Shown here in pieces: positions 50,337-59,359 of a stretch of DNA of 64,000 bases. How positions within the stretch are numbered: position 1 is the stretch's first letter; each line of letters opens with the position of its first letter. Below the pieces are notes generated by a model. That model saw only the letters and a program-made list of their open reading frames with translations. It made no database searches and was not told the origin of the DNA. A program made the position numbers and the translations under genes. This stretch comes from Candidatus Rokubacteria bacterium GWA2_70_23 (GTDB lineage Bacteria; Methylomirabilota; Methylomirabilia; Rokubacteriales; CSP1-6), in NCBI GenBank assembly GCA_001788395.1, contig MGBT01000221.1:16896-80895 (forward strand), given 5' to 3'.

Positions 50337-50794
50337 GTGGTGGCGGACGAGTACCGGGACGGTAACGTCCCGGCGGCGATGGACAACCTGCCGCTCATTC
50401 AGCGGGGCTTTGCGAGCTTGCCGGCGACGGTGACGGAGTATTACTTCCGGGCCGACAGCGCGTGCTATGACGCGCGGGTGTTGAAGTGGCTGGCCAATGC
50501 GCAGCGGGCGGGGGGGGGCCGGCGGGGCCGATCGGGTTCACGATCAGTGCGGACATGACGGAGCCGCTGCACAAGCTGTGCGTGGCGGTGCCGGAGGCGG
50601 AGTGGACGCTGGTGGAGGAGCGCGGGGACGAGACGGTGATGGGGGCGGAGGTGGTGTTCACGCTCGCGTGGCGGATCCTCACGCATGCGGGGCGCCTCGT
50701 GCTGCGCATCAGCGAGGAGGCCGAGAGCGTCGTCGGACTGGTCGCCGCCCGCACGCGCCTGGCCGGCCTGCGGCCCCGCATCGCCTCGGGCTGA
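50337..50794 (+). mobile_element. Truncated, frameshifted gene remnant, possibly a DDE transposase fragment (IS4/IS1380-like RADS..Y motif); frameshift at G10 tract about 50506-50517
   Basis: Two overlapping ORFs (50337..50558, 50486..50794) joined across a poly-G run; ...YYFRADSACYDARVL... resembles the second catalytic-Asp motif of DDE transposases. Confidence 0.35.
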
Positions 50795-51040
50795 GCCCGC
50801 TCGATTCGGATTCACCCGGGTCATCCGCGGCGCCGTGGGCGCCCGCGCGGGAGTGTCTCTCCTCCTAGCCGTCTCTACCGTCGGATGCGCGGGCCCTGCC
50901 CTCGTCGGCCAACTCGCACGCTCCGCAGTGTTCCTGAGGGTGTTGTCGCCAGCGCCAGGGGGTACTCCCAGGTGATTCACGGGCGCTTCGGCGGCCGCTG
51001 CAAAAACCCTGCCGCGGGATTAGGGGGCCGATCTCGCGGG

Positions 51041-51069
51041 TTGACAGCCAAGCCCCCAGCGGGTAAACT
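51041..51069 (+). promoter_or_regulatory. Sigma70-like promoter TTGACA-17-TAAACT upstream of aro leader
   Basis: Hexamers read directly; about 190 nt upstream of the leader ORF. Confidence 0.35.
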
Positions 51070-51267
51070 CGCCGCAGGTGGCCGATAACCAAGGTCGCCG
51101 AGAGTGCGTATCGTGTCGAGCAGTCCCGCGGGCGGGCAGCCCGTGGCAGCGCGGGGAGCCTTTGGCGCAGCGAGGCCGGGCGATGAACCGCGAACCTCCG
51201 CTCCGATGTTGGGGCGGGAATCCCCGGCCCTTGGGCCGTGGGAGGATGTCAAAAAGGAGGCAGGCCA

Positions 51268-51357
51268 GTGGCACGGAAGGGGAACGGGATCGCGCAGGGC
51301 TGGCGGTTCTACTTTTATTACTTTCCCTCCGTCCGCCTACTGGCTTCCCTGAGCTAG
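51268..51357 (+). CDS. Candidate attenuator leader peptide (29 codons): VARKGNGIAQGWRFYFYYFPSVRLLASLS
   Basis: RBS AAGGAGG (51254-51260) 7 nt before GTG; seven aromatic codons in eight (W-R-F-Y-F-Y-Y-F, 51301-51324); too short for the ORF track; lies upstream of DAHP synthase genes. Confidence 0.55.
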   Translation: MARKGNGIAQGWRFYFYYFPSVRLLASLS

Positions 51358-51416
51358 CACCCAGGAGCCACGGGCGGACGAGCCGCCGGCCCGTGGCGAT
51401 CGAGATCGAGCCCAAC

Positions 51417-51451
51417 GCCGCGGGCAATACACCCGCGGCGTTTTTCTTTTT
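51417..51451 (+). terminator. Intrinsic terminator/attenuator: GCCGCGGG-caataca-CCCGCGGC followed by GTTTTTCTTTTT
   Basis: 8-bp perfect GC stem, 7-nt loop, T-rich tract; sits about 130 nt upstream of the aroF-like start. Confidence 0.65.
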
Positions 51452-51583
51452 CCACGGGCCGAGGGCGGCGGCCGCGGATGACAACAGGCGAGATCGGGCG
51501 AGGGAGCAACCGGGTGCGGTTTTCCGGCGGGGATGGGCGGGCGACAGCCCGGGTGCCCATCCCAGGTCAAAGAAAGGCACAGC

Positions 51584-52600
51584 ATGATCATCATCATGAA
51601 GCCGGGATCGACCGAGGCGGATATCGACGACGTCTGTCGCCGGGTGGCAGACTTCGGGTTCAGGACCCATCTCTCCCGGGGCGAGGTGCGGACCATCATC
51701 GGCGTGGTGGGCGACGATCGCGCGAAGGAACAGCTCCTCGCGCTGCAGGCGCTGGACGCCGTCGAAGGCGTGGTCCGGATCCTCCAGCCCTTCAAGCTCG
51801 CGAGCCGCGAGGCCCATCCCGAGAGCACCCAGTTCAAGATCGGCGACGTGCCGGTCGGCGGCAGGCAGATCGTCGTCATGGCGGGCCCCTGCGCCGTGGA
51901 GTCCCGGCCGCAGCTCCTGGCGGTGGCCGAGGCGGTCAAGGAAGGCGGGGCCCACATCCTCCGCGGCGGGGCCTTCAAGCCGCGCACCTCGCCGTACGCC
52001 TTCCAGGGCCTCGAGGAGGAGGGGCTCGCGCTGTTGTCCGAGGCGAGCCGCAAGACGGGGCTGCCGGTCGTCACCGAGGTGATGGAGCCCGACAAGGTGG
52101 AGGTGGTCGCCGAGCACGCCGACGTGCTGCAGATCGGCGCGCGCAACGTCCAGAACTTCTCGCTCCTCAAGCGCGTGGCCGAGTGCGGCAAGCCCGTGCT
52201 CCTCAAGCGCGGCATGTCCACCTCCATCCAGGAGTGGCTCCTCTCCGCCGAGTACGTGCTGGCGGGGGGCAACCCCAACGTGATCCTCTGCGAGCGGGGC
52301 ATCCGCACCTTCGAGACCGCGACGCGTTACACCCTCGACCTGAACGCCATCCCTGTCGTCAAGAAGCTCTCTCACCTGCCGGTGTTCGTGGACCCGAGCC
52401 ACGGGACGGGGCACTGGGAGTACGTGGCCGCCATGGCCCGGGCGGGGCTCGCCGCCGGCGCCGACGGGCTCATCATCGAGGTGCACAACAAGCCGGAGGA
52501 GGCGCTCTCGGACGGGCCGCAGTCCCTCAAGCCCGACCGCTTCGCTGCGCTCATGCGCGAGCTTCGCCCCCTGGCGGAGGTCCTGGGGAGGTCGCTATGA
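51584..52600 (+). CDS. 3-deoxy-7-phosphoheptulonate (DAHP) synthase, type I-beta with N-terminal ACT/ferredoxin-like regulatory domain, copy 1
   Basis: [32 protein letters not shown] motifs; 338 aa; N-terminal about 80-aa extra domain. Confidence 0.9.
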   Translation: MIIIMKPGSTEADIDDVCRRVADFGFRTHLSRGEVRTIIGVVGDDRAKEQLLALQALDAVEGVVRILQPFKLASREAHPESTQFKIGDVPVGGRQIVVMAGPCAVESRPQLLAVAEAVKEGGAHILRGGAFKPRTSPYAFQGLEEEGLALLSEASRKTGLPVVTEVMEPDKVEVVAEHADVLQIGARNVQNFSLLKRVAECGKPVLLKRGMSTSIQEWLLSAEYVLAGGNPNVILCERGIRTFETATRYTLDLNAIPVVKKLSHLPVFVDPSHGTGHWEYVAAMARAGLAAGADGLIIEVHNKPEEALSDGPQSLKPDRFAALMRELRPLAEVLGRSL

Positions 52601-53613
52601 TCATCGTGCTCAAGTCGGGAGTCACGGACGCGGACGTCGACCATGTGTGTCAGCGCGTGGTCGAGCTCGGATACCAGCCCCACACCATCCGCGGCGAGTT
52701 CAAGACCATCGTCGCCGCGGTGGGGGAGGAGCGCGGCAAGCCCGATCTCCGGCTGCTCGAAGCGCTGGAGACGGTGGAAGCCGTCATGCCGGTGCAGCAG
52801 CCGTTCAAGCTCGCGAGCCGGGAGATCCGGCCGGAGCCGACCGAGGTGCGGGTCAACGGCGTGACCGTGGGCGGCCAGCGCGTGATCGTGATGGCGGGGC
52901 CCTGCTCGGTGGAGTCGGAGCCGCAGGTCCTCGAGGTGGCCGAGGCCGTCAAGCAGGCCGGCGCCAGCATCCTCCGGGGCGGCGCCTACAAGCCCCGCAC
53001 CTCGCCCTACGCCTTCCAGGGGCTCAAGGAGCAGGGGCTCAGGTACCTCAAGGAGGCGAAGAAGCGCACGGGGCTCCCCGTCGTCACCGAGGTGCTGGAG
53101 ACGGAGAGCGTGGAGCTCGTGGCGGAGTACGCCGACATCCTGCAGATCGGCGCGCGCAACATCCAGAACTTCACCCTCCTGCGGCGCGTGGGAGAGATGG
53201 GCAAGCCCGTGCTCCTCAAGCGCGGCATGGCGACGAGCATCCAGGAGTTCCTCCTCTCGGCCGAGTACATCCTGTCGGCCGGCAACCCCAACGTGATCCT
53301 CTGCGAGCGGGGCATCCGCACGTTCGAGACCGCGACGCGCTTCACCCTCGATCTCAACGCCGTGCCGGTGCTCAAGAAGCTCTCCCACCTGCCGGTGGTC
53401 GTGGACCCGTCCCATGGCACGGGCCACTGGGACCTGGTGGCGCCCATGGCCAAGGGCTCCGTGGCCTGTGGCGCGGACGGGCTCATCATCGAGGTACACC
53501 CGCGACCGGAGGAGGCGCTGTCGGACGGTCCGCAGTCCCTCAAGCCGTCCAAGTTCGCCCAGCTCATGCGTGAACTGCGCCCGGTGGCGGAGGCCGTCGG
53601 CCGGACCCTGTAG
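52597..53613 (+). CDS. DAHP synthase, type I-beta with N-terminal regulatory domain, copy 2 (tandem paralog)
   Basis: ATGA overlap with copy 1; [26 protein letters not shown]; 338 aa. Confidence 0.9.
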   Translation: MIIVLKSGVTDADVDHVCQRVVELGYQPHTIRGEFKTIVAAVGEERGKPDLRLLEALETVEAVMPVQQPFKLASREIRPEPTEVRVNGVTVGGQRVIVMAGPCSVESEPQVLEVAEAVKQAGASILRGGAYKPRTSPYAFQGLKEQGLRYLKEAKKRTGLPVVTEVLETESVELVAEYADILQIGARNIQNFTLLRRVGEMGKPVLLKRGMATSIQEFLLSAEYILSAGNPNVILCERGIRTFETATRFTLDLNAVPVLKKLSHLPVVVDPSHGTGHWDLVAPMAKGSVACGADGLIIEVHPRPEEALSDGPQSLKPSKFAQLMRELRPVAEAVGRTL

Positions 53614-53667
53614 GGGGCTGGCGGGGTAGGCCCGGCCCCGGGCCCCCCCGTGGCATAATCACGGGGT

Positions 53668-54657
53668 ATGAAGATCTGGCTGCCGGCGGATCCCTCGCGG
53701 CGGGCCTTGCTCGTCGCCCTCGTGTGCTCGGTGCTCCTCCACGTGCTGGTGGCCGCCTCGGTGTACCTGGCTGGCGCCTTCGGGCCCAAGATCGTCGCCA
53801 CGCGCGGTGAGCCGCTCTTCGTCGACATCGCCCCCGACCGGCCCGAGGAGCGTGCGCCGCGCGGCAACCCCGCGCGTCCGCCCGGCCCGGGAACGCCCGC
53901 GCCCGAGCGCCGCGCTCCCGAGCCTCCGGCCCCCAAGATGGCGGAAGTGAAGCCCAAGGCCGCCGAGGCCCCCAGGAGGGCTCCGCCCACGGCGCCGGCG
54001 CCGCCACAGGTAGCGAAGGCCTCCCCGCCCGCCGCGCCAGAGACTCCCGCGCCGCGCACCCAGGAGCCGGCGCCCGCTCCCGGGCCTCAGGCCCGCGCTC
54101 CCGAGCGCCAGACTCTCCCCTCCCAGCCTCAGCCAGCCGAGCCTTCCACGACCGAGGGTGCCGCCGGCCCTTCGCGCCCCGCGGCACCGTCGGAGCCGGC
54201 GGGGCAGGTGCTCGCGCGGACCAAGTCGGGGCTCGACCTGCCGGCCGCCATGCTGAGAAGGCCCGGGGGGGGCGGAGGGCTCAAGGACGGGCGCGGCGGC
54301 GTCGAGGGGGAGCCCATTCCGCTGGACACCCAGGATCCGAAGTACGTCGACTACTTCGGCCAGCTCCGCGAGCGGATCAAGTCCAAGTGGAGCTACCCGC
54401 GCGAGGCGGGCGAGCGCGGCATCGGCGGGCAGCTCCTCATCGAGTTCCACATCGCCAAGGACGGGCGCCTGCAGCTCCTGGAGCTCCGGCGCTCCTCGGG
54501 GGTGGAGATCCTCGACGACTACGCGCTGAACGCGGTCCGCCTGGCCCAGCCCTTCCCGCCCGTGCCCGACAACCTCGCCAAGCAGGTCCTCGCCGTCAAC
54601 GGCCTCTTCAACTACCAGATCGTCGGCAATAGCTTCGTCAATCAGTTCCTCCGCTAG
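53668..54657 (+). CDS. TonB-family energy transducer (N-terminal TM anchor, Pro/Ala-rich spacer, TonB C-terminal domain)
   Basis: [23 protein letters not shown] anchor; long PAPAP-rich linker; C-terminal ...[26 protein letters not shown]... TonB_C-like. Confidence 0.7.
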   Translation: MKIWLPADPSRRALLVALVCSVLLHVLVAASVYLAGAFGPKIVATRGEPLFVDIAPDRPEERAPRGNPARPPGPGTPAPERRAPEPPAPKMAEVKPKAAEAPRRAPPTAPAPPQVAKASPPAAPETPAPRTQEPAPAPGPQARAPERQTLPSQPQPAEPSTTEGAAGPSRPAAPSEPAGQVLARTKSGLDLPAAMLRRPGGGGGLKDGRGGVEGEPIPLDTQDPKYVDYFGQLRERIKSKWSYPREAGERGIGGQLLIEFHIAKDGRLQLLELRRSSGVEILDDYALNAVRLAQPFPPVPDNLAKQVLAVNGLFNYQIVGNSFVNQFLR

Positions 54658-55035
54658 TGCCGGTCCAAGTAACTTCGCCATACTTCGTTCTCGGTCGGCG
54701 CGGGCGCTCAACGTACAGCGAGTACGCCTCGCGCCCGCGCCTCCCTCGGGCCTCGTCTGGCTCGTTCCTTGGCCCGGCACCGTGCGGTGGCACGCGTGGA
54801 GTGGGCGAAACTCGTTGGAGGCGCGCTAGTCTGCGGGGCTCCTGGTGCGCACCTCCCTCCCCGCCGTGATCGCCCGGCCACCCTGCTCGATCGGATGAAG
54901 GAGTCGCGCTTCCCGTGAGCCCCGAGGAGGGCCCGGGCTGATCGGCACGGTCCTGGAGGCCCTGCGGCCGGGGCGTTCCCTTGACAGGCGTGTCGCGTAT
55001 CCTGTAGCATGCTCAGTGTTTTTCCCTGGGGGGGC

Positions 55036-55110
55036 AGGCTCGTAGCTCAGTGGGAGAGCGCTTGCTTGACACGCAAGAGGTCGGCGGTTCGAAACCGCCC
55101 GAGCCTACCA
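55036..55110 (+). tRNA. tRNA-Val (anticodon GAC)
   Basis: Acceptor AGGCTCG/CGAGCCT, D-arm GCTCAGTGGGAGAGC, anticodon loop TTGACAC, T-loop TTCGAAA, encoded CCA. Confidence 0.85.
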
Positions 55111-55236
55111 TCCGATCTCGTTGACCGAGGGGTGCCCATCGCGAGGCAACAGCGGGTGCACGACTAGGGCAGTCGAGAGCATCACCGGGCGCCGTCCGTG
55201 TGGTGTTTTTTTGTCTCTGGACCACGAAAGGACCTG

Positions 55237-57033
55237 ATGGCTGAGCAGGAAGAAGACCGACATCTGAAGCTCGCCGGGGACCTCGACTGCATCCCGGAGC
55301 CGCTGCCGACCCTGCGCCACTCCACCTCGCATGTGATGGCCCAGGCGGTGAAGCAGCTCTTTCCCGAGGTGCGCGTCGCCATCGGCCCTGCCATCGAGGA
55401 CGGCTTCTACTACGACTTCCGCAGGGCCACGCCCTTCACCCCCGAGGACCTCGCGCGCGTCGAGGCGCGGATGCGGGAGCTCGTCAAGGCGGACCTGCCC
55501 TTCGTCAGGGAGGAGTGGGCGCGCGCGGAGGCCATCCGCCACTTCAAGGAGCAGGACGAGCCGTTCAAGGTGGAGATCCTCGAGGGACTCGACGTGCCTG
55601 CGGTGTCCGTGTACCGCCAGGGCGACTTCCTCGACCTCTGCCGCGGGCCCCACGTGCGCTCCACCCGGGGCATCAAGGCCTTCAAGCTCCTCTCCTCCTC
55701 GGGCGCCTACTGGCGCGGCGACGAGCGGAACCCGATGCTCCAGCGGATCTACGGGACCGCCTGGCTCACGCAGGAGGATCTGGACACGTACCTGTGGCGC
55801 CTCGAGGAGGCGAAGAAGCGCGACCACCGCAAGCTCGGGCGGGAGCTCGACCTCTTCGACTTCCACGACGTCGCCCCCGGGGCGCCCTTCTGGCTGCCCA
55901 ACGGGATGATCCTCGTCCGCGAGCTGGAGAAGTTCGCGCGCGAGCACCTCGATGCCCGGGGCTACCAGGAGATCTCCACGCCGCTGCTCATCCACAAGCG
56001 GCTCTGGGAGGAGTCGGGGCACTGGGAGCACTACAGCGAGCACATGTTCAAGGTGGAGGTGGAGGAGGAGATCTTCACGCTGAAGCCGATGAACTGTCCG
56101 CCGTCGACCTTCGTCTACCGGCGGGCGCTGCGCTCCTACCGGGATCTGCCGCTGCGCTTCTCCGAGATGGGGCGCTGCCACCGCAACGAGCGCTCGGGCA
56201 CGCTGACCGGTCTCGTCCGCGTCCGCCAGTTCACGCAGGACGATGCCCACATCTACTGCCGGCCGGATCAGCTCCAGGCCGAGATCGTCGGGATCCTCGA
56301 TCTGGTCCGGGAGTGGTACAAGACCTTCAACCTCCAGCCGACCTTCAAGCTCTCCACACGGCCCGAGAAGAAGCTCGGGGCCGAGGCGCAGTGGGACGCG
56401 GCCGAGCACGCGCTCGCCGAGGCGCTCAAGGTCACTGGGCTCGCCTACGACCTGAACCCGGGCGACGGCGCCTTCTACGGGCCCAAGATCGACATCTACG
56501 TCGAGGACGTCCTGGGGCGGAGCTGGCAGATCGCCACGGTCCAGGTGGACCTCGTCATGCTGCCCGAGCGCTTCAAGCTCGAGTACATCGACCGTGACGG
56601 CCAGCCGAAGCGGCCGGTGGCCATCCACCGGGCGATCTTCGGGTCCTACGAGCGGTTCATCGGCATCCTGACGGAGCACTTCGCGGGGGCGTTCCCCACG
56701 TGGCTCGCGCCCGTCCAGGCCCGCGTCCTGCCCGTGAGCGAGAAGCACCTCGAGTACGCACGCGTCGTCTTCGCCCGACTGCGAGAAGCGCGGATCCGGG
56801 CGGAGCTGGACGACCGGAACGAGAAGCTGGGGTACCGGATCCGCGAGGCCCAGGTGCGAAAGGTCCCCTACATGCTCGTCGTGGGGGAGCGCGAAGCGCA
56901 GAACGGCACGGCGAGCGTGCGCCGGCGCACCGGCGAGGACGCCGGGGCCATTCCCGTGGAGCGCATCGTGTCGGACCTCGCGGCCGAGATCGGCAGTCGT
57001 TCCGCCACCCTCACCGTGGGGCGATCGGCCTGA
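55237..57033 (+). CDS. thrS: Threonyl-tRNA synthetase, lacking the N-terminal TGS domain
   Basis: RHSTSHVMAQAV (editing-domain zinc site) begins about residue 27; class II core and anticodon-binding domain present; RBS AAAGGA before ATG 55237. Confidence 0.9.
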   Translation: MAEQEEDRHLKLAGDLDCIPEPLPTLRHSTSHVMAQAVKQLFPEVRVAIGPAIEDGFYYDFRRATPFTPEDLARVEARMRELVKADLPFVREEWARAEAIRHFKEQDEPFKVEILEGLDVPAVSVYRQGDFLDLCRGPHVRSTRGIKAFKLLSSSGAYWRGDERNPMLQRIYGTAWLTQEDLDTYLWRLEEAKKRDHRKLGRELDLFDFHDVAPGAPFWLPNGMILVRELEKFAREHLDARGYQEISTPLLIHKRLWEESGHWEHYSEHMFKVEVEEEIFTLKPMNCPPSTFVYRRALRSYRDLPLRFSEMGRCHRNERSGTLTGLVRVRQFTQDDAHIYCRPDQLQAEIVGILDLVREWYKTFNLQPTFKLSTRPEKKLGAEAQWDAAEHALAEALKVTGLAYDLNPGDGAFYGPKIDIYVEDVLGRSWQIATVQVDLVMLPERFKLEYIDRDGQPKRPVAIHRAIFGSYERFIGILTEHFAGAFPTWLAPVQARVLPVSEKHLEYARVVFARLREARIRAELDDRNEKLGYRIREAQVRKVPYMLVVGEREAQNGTASVRRRTGEDAGAIPVERIVSDLAAEIGSRSATLTVGRSA

Positions 57034-57077
57034 GCCCCGCACAGTAAGGAGTCACGGCGATACAGCCCAAGGACATT

Positions 57078-57575
57078 CGGGTCAACGAAGGCATTCGCGT
57101 CCGGGAAGTGCGGGTGGTGAGCGCCGAGGGCGAGCAGCTGGGGATCCTCCCCATCGCCCAGGCGCTGGATCTGGCGAAGCAGCGCGACATGGACCTCGTC
57201 GAAGTGGCCGCCGAGGCGGCCCCGCCGGTGTGCCGGATCATGGACTTCGGCAAGTACAAGTACACGCAGGCCCGCCGGCAGAAGGAAGCGCGGAAGAAGC
57301 AGACCACCATCGTGGTCAAGGAAGTCAAGCTGGGGCCGAAGACGGACACGCACGACTTCGACTTCAAGGCCAAGCACGTGCGGCGCTTCCTCGGGGAAGG
57401 CAACAAGGCGAAGGTGACGGTGCGCTTCAAGGGACGCGAGATGGCGCACACCGAGCTGGGCTGGAAGATGCTGAACAAGATGACCGAGATCATGAGCGAC
57501 ATGGCGGTGGTGGAGAGCCACCCGCGAATGGAGGGGCGCATGCTGAGCATGATCCTCTCCCCGAAAGCACACTGA
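57078..57575 (+). CDS. infC: Translation initiation factor IF-3 with non-canonical AUA start
   Basis: Frame opens after TAA 57063-65; RBS AAGGAG at 57064-69; no ATG/GTG/TTG before the conserved ...[16 protein letters not shown]...; ATA at 57078 is the only plausible start (IF-3 genes classically use AUU/AUA/AUC). Confidence 0.7.
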   Translation, partial: RVNEGIRVREVRVVSAEGEQLGILPIAQALDLAKQRDMDLVEVAAEAAPPVCRIMDFGKYKYTQARRQKEARKKQTTIVVKEVKLGPKTDTHDFDFKAKHVRRFLGEGNKAKVTVRFKGREMAHTELGWKMLNKMTEIMSDMAVVESHPRMEGRMLSMILSPKAH

Positions 57576-57581
57576 GAGCCC

Positions 57582-57682
57582 CCTCACCCTGCCCTCTCCC
57601 CCGGGGGGAGAGGGGGACACGGAGGGAAGGCTCGCCACCCTACCCTCTCCCAGCGGGGAGAGGGGGGACACGGAGAGAAGGC
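57582..57682. repeat. Two tandem copies of about 50-bp REP-like palindromic element CCCT(G/A)CCCTCTCCC..GGGGAGAGGGGGACACGGAG(G/A)GAAGGCTC(G/A)CC between infC and rpmI
   Basis: Direct repeat read directly; each unit contains 10-bp inverted repeat CCCTCTCCCC/GGGGAGAGGG; second copy supplies the rpmI RBS. Confidence 0.6.
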
Positions 57683-57687
57683 TCACC

Positions 57688-57885
57688 ATGCCGAAGATGA
57701 AGACCAAGCGGGCCGCGGCCAAGCGGCTGAAGGTCACCGCGTCCGGCAAGCTCAAGCGGCACAGCGGGTGGAAGAGTCACCTCCTGGAGGCCAAGTCCCC
57801 CAAGCGCCGGCGGCGACTCCGCAAGGCCTCGCTCATCTCCGCGGCCGACCAGCCGCGGCTCAAGAAGCTCGTCCCATACCTGTAA
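57688..57885 (+). CDS. rpmI: 50S ribosomal protein L35
   Basis: [25 protein letters not shown]; 65 aa. Confidence 0.9.
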   Translation: MPKMKTKRAAAKRLKVTASGKLKRHSGWKSHLLEAKSPKRRRRLRKASLISAADQPRLKKLVPYL

Positions 57886-57905
57886 CGTAAGAGGAGAGGC
57901 GAACC

Positions 57906-58265
57906 ATGCCACGGGCCAAGGGCGGGGCCAAGACCCGCCAGCGCAGGAACAAGGTACTGAAGCGGGCGAAGGGCTACTTCGGCGGCCGGCGGAAGCTCTA
58001 CCGCACCGCGGCCGAGACGGTGCTCCGCGCGGGCGCCTTCGCCTACAGGGGGCGCAAGCAGAAGAAGCGGCGGGCGCGCTCGCTGTGGATCATCCGCGTC
58101 AATGCGGCGTGCCGGCAGCTGGGCCTCTCCTACTCCGCCTTCATGTCGGGGCTGAAGAAGGCGGGCATCGGGCTCGACCGGAAGATCCTCGCGGAGCTGG
58201 CCGTTCAGGACCCGACCGCCTTCGCGAAGCTGGCGGAGACGGCGCGAGCGGCGAGCCGCGCCTGA
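57906..58265 (+). CDS. rplT: 50S ribosomal protein L20
   Basis: [26 protein letters not shown]; 119 aa. Confidence 0.9.
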   Translation: MPRAKGGAKTRQRRNKVLKRAKGYFGGRRKLYRTAAETVLRAGAFAYRGRKQKKRRARSLWIIRVNAACRQLGLSYSAFMSGLKKAGIGLDRKILAELAVQDPTAFAKLAETARAASRA

Positions 58266-58267
58266 GC

Positions 58268-59359
58268 GTGGCGCCGGACCCGCGGGTCCAGCAGATCCGC
58301 GATCGGGCCCTGGCGGACATCGCCGCCGCCCGGTCCACGGCTGACCTCGAGCAGATCCGCATCCGGGTGCTCGGCCGCTCCGGGGAGCTCACCGCCCGGC
58401 TCCGCTCCCTGGGGGCCATTCCGGCGGCGGAGCGCCCGCAGGTCGGGCAGGCGGCCAACCGCGCCAAGGCCGAGCTCGAGGAGCAGATCCAGGCCCGCCT
58501 CCAGGCGCTCCGCGTCGAGGAGCGCAGCCGGCAGCGGGAGGCGGGGCGGGTGGACCTCACCCTCCCCGGGCGCGTCACGCCCGCGGGGGCCGTCCACCCG
58601 ATCACCCGCGTGCAGGACGAGATTATCGCCATCTTCGAGGGGCTTGGTTTCTCCGTCGCCGAGGGGCCCGAGGTGGAGTCGGACTACTACAACTTCGCCG
58701 CCCTCAACTTCCCCGACGATCACCCTGCGCGGGACATGCAGGACACCTTCCACCTCTCGCCGGACACGCTCCTGCGCACCCACACCTCCCCGGTCCAGAT
58801 CCGCACCATGAAGGCGCAGCCGCCGCCGGTCCGCGTGATCTGCCCCGGCAAGGTGTACCGGCGCGACGCCGACATCACCCACTCGCCCATGTTCCACCAG
58901 GTCGAGGGGCTCGCCATCGACCGGAACATCTCCATGGGCGATCTCCGCGGCACCCTCGACCTGTTCGCGCGGGAGATGTTCGGCAGCCGCTCGCGCATCC
59001 GCTTCCGTCCCTCGTTCTTCCCGTTCACGGAGCCCTCCGCCGAGGTGGACGTCCTCTGCTTCCTCTGCGGGGGCGGCGGCTGCCGCGTGTGCAAGCAGGA
59101 CGGGTGGCTCGAGATCCTGGGCTCCGGGATGGTCCATCCCGACGTGCTGCGCAACGTGGGGTATGACCCCGAAGAGGTCATGGGCTGGGCCTTCGGCATG
59201 GGCGTCGAGCGCGTCGCCATGCTCAAGTACGGCATCGACGACATCCGGCTCTTCTTCGAGAACGACCTGCGCTTCCTGGGCCAGTTCGCCCCCCTCACCC
59301 TTCCCCCTCACCCTTCCCTCTCCCCCGCGGGGAGAGGGACACGGATGAGGCGCCGGTGA
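58268..59359 (+). CDS. pheS: Phenylalanyl-tRNA synthetase alpha subunit, with about 23-codon C-terminal extension encoded by a REP-like element
   Basis: GTG 58268 in frame of track ORF 58085; class II motifs; canonical end ...NDLRFLGQF followed by APLTLPPHPSLSPAGRGTRMRRR read through repeat copy. Confidence 0.85.
   Translation: MAPDPRVQQIRDRALADIAAARSTADLEQIRIRVLGRSGELTARLRSLGAIPAAERPQVGQAANRAKAELEEQIQARLQALRVEERSRQREAGRVDLTLPGRVTPAGAVHPITRVQDEIIAIFEGLGFSVAEGPEVESDYYNFAALNFPDDHPARDMQDTFHLSPDTLLRTHTSPVQIRTMKAQPPPVRVICPGKVYRRDADITHSPMFHQVEGLAIDRNISMGDLRGTLDLFAREMFGSRSRIRFRPSFFPFTEPSAEVDVLCFLCGGGGCRVCKQDGWLEILGSGMVHPDVLRNVGYDPEEVMGWAFGMGVERVAMLKYGIDDIRLFFENDLRFLGQFAPLTLPPHPSLSPAGRGTRMRRR
59296..59346. 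repeat. Third copy of the CCCTCTCCC..GGGGAGAGGGACACGGA element, inside the 3' end of pheS / 5' of pheT
   Basis: ccttccctctcccccgcggggagagggacacggatgagg aligns with copies at 57582-57682. Confidence 0.5.

Noticed and set aside
51077-51583. T-box or other riboswitch in the aro leader
   Set aside because: No T-box consensus (AGGGUGGNACCGCG-like) was recognised by eye. The presence of a translatable aromatic-rich mini-ORF plus terminator fits peptide-mediated attenuation better. A covariance-model scan was not possible.
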